Shown: positions 63,811 through 64,000 of the stretch, piece after piece
How the letters are laid out: the number at the start of each line of letters is the position of its first letter
Numbering within the stretch: position 1 is the first letter of the stretch
Assembly: GCF_006345805.1 (NCBI RefSeq)
Contig: NC_042997.1
Span: forward strand, 17,608,001 to 17,672,000
Source: Octopus sinensis
Taxonomy: Eukaryota
Direction of reading: 5' to 3'
Length of the DNA stretch: 64,000 nucleotides
Program-made: the position numbers and the translations under genes
The notes under the pieces: generated by a model
Seen by the model: only the letters and a program-made list of their open reading frames with translations
Told to the model about the DNA's origin: nothing
Database searches by the model: none

Positions 63811-64000
63811 ATATCTTATAAGTGATATCATTATTTTTAGATTAAGATTTTGAAATAGAAAGAAAAAAGAAGAAATAATGGAAAGTTAATGGTATAGTTT
63901 CTATTATTATTAATGATAATCTGATGACAAGGGAAAGCATTTTCAATGATATAGTGGTAATAATAGTTATTAAATTTCAGTCCTACCTGCATAGAGAAAG

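Noticed and set aside
63199-63825. 208-aa YIYI-rich ORF (and similar YI/CV/HT-rich ORFs throughout the track)
   Set aside because: Translations of (TA)n/(CA)n microsatellites.
63915-63950. CTGATGAcaaggGAAA as a hammerhead
   Set aside because: No credible stem III or stem I pairing; no PLE context.

Overview
AT-rich animal DNA, dense in microsatellites and mobile elements. The repeat landscape looks like a coleoid cephalopod, probably Octopus (inference from SINE/LINE style and (TA)n/(TACA)n density, not from a database hit). I could not confidently identify any host protein-coding exon; almost all recognisable coding sequence is transposon-derived. Contents: decayed RTE-clade LINEs (one family carries a PHD-like C4HC3 finger inside ORF2), R4/Dong-like REL LINE relics, a hAT transposase relic, a non-autonomous Gypsy-type LTR element (553-bp LTRs, tRNA-Trp PBS, 4-bp TSD), Helentron/HINE-like elements, tRNA-headed SINEs with two different LINE-derived tails, and several foldback elements. 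The most interesting system is a set of Penelope-like elements (PLEs). One is near-intact (about 29.2-33.05 kb), one is a truncated copy with a double inversion (52.6-54.6 kb), one is 5'-truncated (55.7-57.3 kb) and one is a probable solo pLTR (13.5 kb). Together they carry six type-I hammerhead ribozyme motifs of four sequence families, including a compensatory U3:A8 core variant. Two of the PLEs are bracketed by about 600-bp inverted pLTRs. Also notable: a 591-bp near-perfect palindrome, and a 22-bp CpG-rich satellite built from NRF1-type GCGCATGCGC sites. Most element boundaries are approximate and were read by eye.
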